This document shows, in pieces, positions 55,784 to 56,412 of a stretch of 56,412 nt of DNA. A program made the position numbers and the translations under genes. Under the pieces are notes generated by a model that worked only from the letters and a program-made list of their open reading frames with translations, did not search any database and was not told where the DNA came from. Position 1 is the first letter of the stretch; every line of letters begins with the position of its first letter. Source of the DNA: Gemmatimonadota bacterium (GTDB lineage: Bacteria > Latescibacterota > UBA2968 > UBA8231); contig JAYOYH010000030.1 of assembly GCA_038153405.1 (NCBI GenBank), forward strand, positions 1 to 56,412, written 5' to 3'.

Positions 55784-56320
55784 GTGAATCCTCAACGCCT
55801 TTGGTTGGCTTATATCGCCGGCATGGCGTGCCTAACCTGGCTGTGCTTTGGCTCACTGCGCCACCACCTGCTCGATGGCCACGACGCCGAGAGCTTTGCA
55901 GACCATCTACTCATCGATCAAGACCCCAGCTACTTTTTCTCACATAACAAACAGCAAGCTACGGGGCGATTCACCGCTGACGGTGCCAAGTATGCCGTCT
56001 ATTTAGTCTTTGGCAATGACCCAGCCGCTTTTCATCTGGCCGTCGTTGCCACACACTTGCTCGCCTCGCTGCTATTGGCCCTACTCGTATACCGCCTATA
56101 CGCCGCGCAGGTGCTGGCCATGCTCACCGGCCTGCTCTTTCTGCTCAACGTCACCCATTTCCAGGCCGTCCACCACATCTCCGCACTCGACTATCCGCTC
56201 GGCTTGGCCTGCGCCTGTGCAGCCTGGCTGTGCTGGGAAGGTCGCCATAGAACACGCACGTGGACTTTCACTTTGTTTATGGTTCTGGCCGTGCAAGCTC
56301 ACCGGTGGTTTCAACTCTGA
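55784..56320 (+). pseudogene. Truncated GT-C (PMT/TMTC-like) membrane glycosyltransferase
   Basis: TM, HD, FH...HL....L...L.Y, LF......QAV.HISA pattern; the frame ends after 178 aa, where the sequence switches to AT-rich IS-like DNA at about 56304. Confidence 0.55.
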
Positions 56321-56412
56321 AGTGCACGTTTAGTGATCATGATTTCTCTGGTTGAAAGATTGTGAGTTCAACTTCTAAGTGCACTTTTCGTGGCATGTGA
56401 AAAACAAAGGCC
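56304..56412. mobile_element. Probable IS30-family terminal inverted repeat(s) at the window end
   Basis: GGTGGTTTCAACTCTGAAGTGCAC (56304-56327) and TGTGAGTTCAACTTCTAAGTGCAC (56361-56384) resemble IS30-family IRs as I recall them (TTCAA-N5-6-AA.TGCA); abrupt GC drop; no transposase visible within the window. Confidence 0.5.

Noticed and set aside
56304..56388. CRISPR repeat (GTTTCAA...GTTGAAAG-like words)
   Set aside because: The copies are only ~75% identical, GTTGAAAG is not part of the repeated unit, and an IS-end interpretation fits better

Overview
A GC-rich (visually ~60-65%) bacterial chromosomal segment with about 50 CDS in the standard genetic code. I found no rRNA, tRNA or CRISPR array. 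The gene mix suggests an uncultured FCB-superphylum heterotroph such as Latescibacterota (inference only): five PhyH-type Fe(II)/2OG dioxygenases, four enolase-superfamily dehydratases, a sulfatase, a DUF6785-type membrane protein, three secreted proteins with FlgD-Ig/T9SS-like tails and a GldAFG-like ABC operon. Housekeeping genes are topB, hemB, metY-metX, selO/ydiU, clpS and a suhB-like gene. Most notable observations: (i) two divergent 'core' MetE-like Zn enzymes, one translationally coupled to a LicC/PntC-type cytidylyltransferase; (ii) an orphan FliG N-terminal domain fused to a Cys-containing tail; (iii) a TrpD/YbiB-like protein resembling the plant At1g70570 type; (iv) a tandemly duplicated GldG in a DUF3347-GldA-GldF-GldG-DUF4340 cluster; (v) a C10 tract between the -35 and -10 boxes of the promoter of an Hpt gene; (vi) a perfect 13-bp hairpin inside the 5' coding region of metX; (vii) a CBM9/DUF5916-like pseudogene missed by the ORF track; (viii) several apparently leaderless genes; (ix) IS30-like ends truncating the last gene. 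All family calls come from motif recognition by eye; no database search was run.
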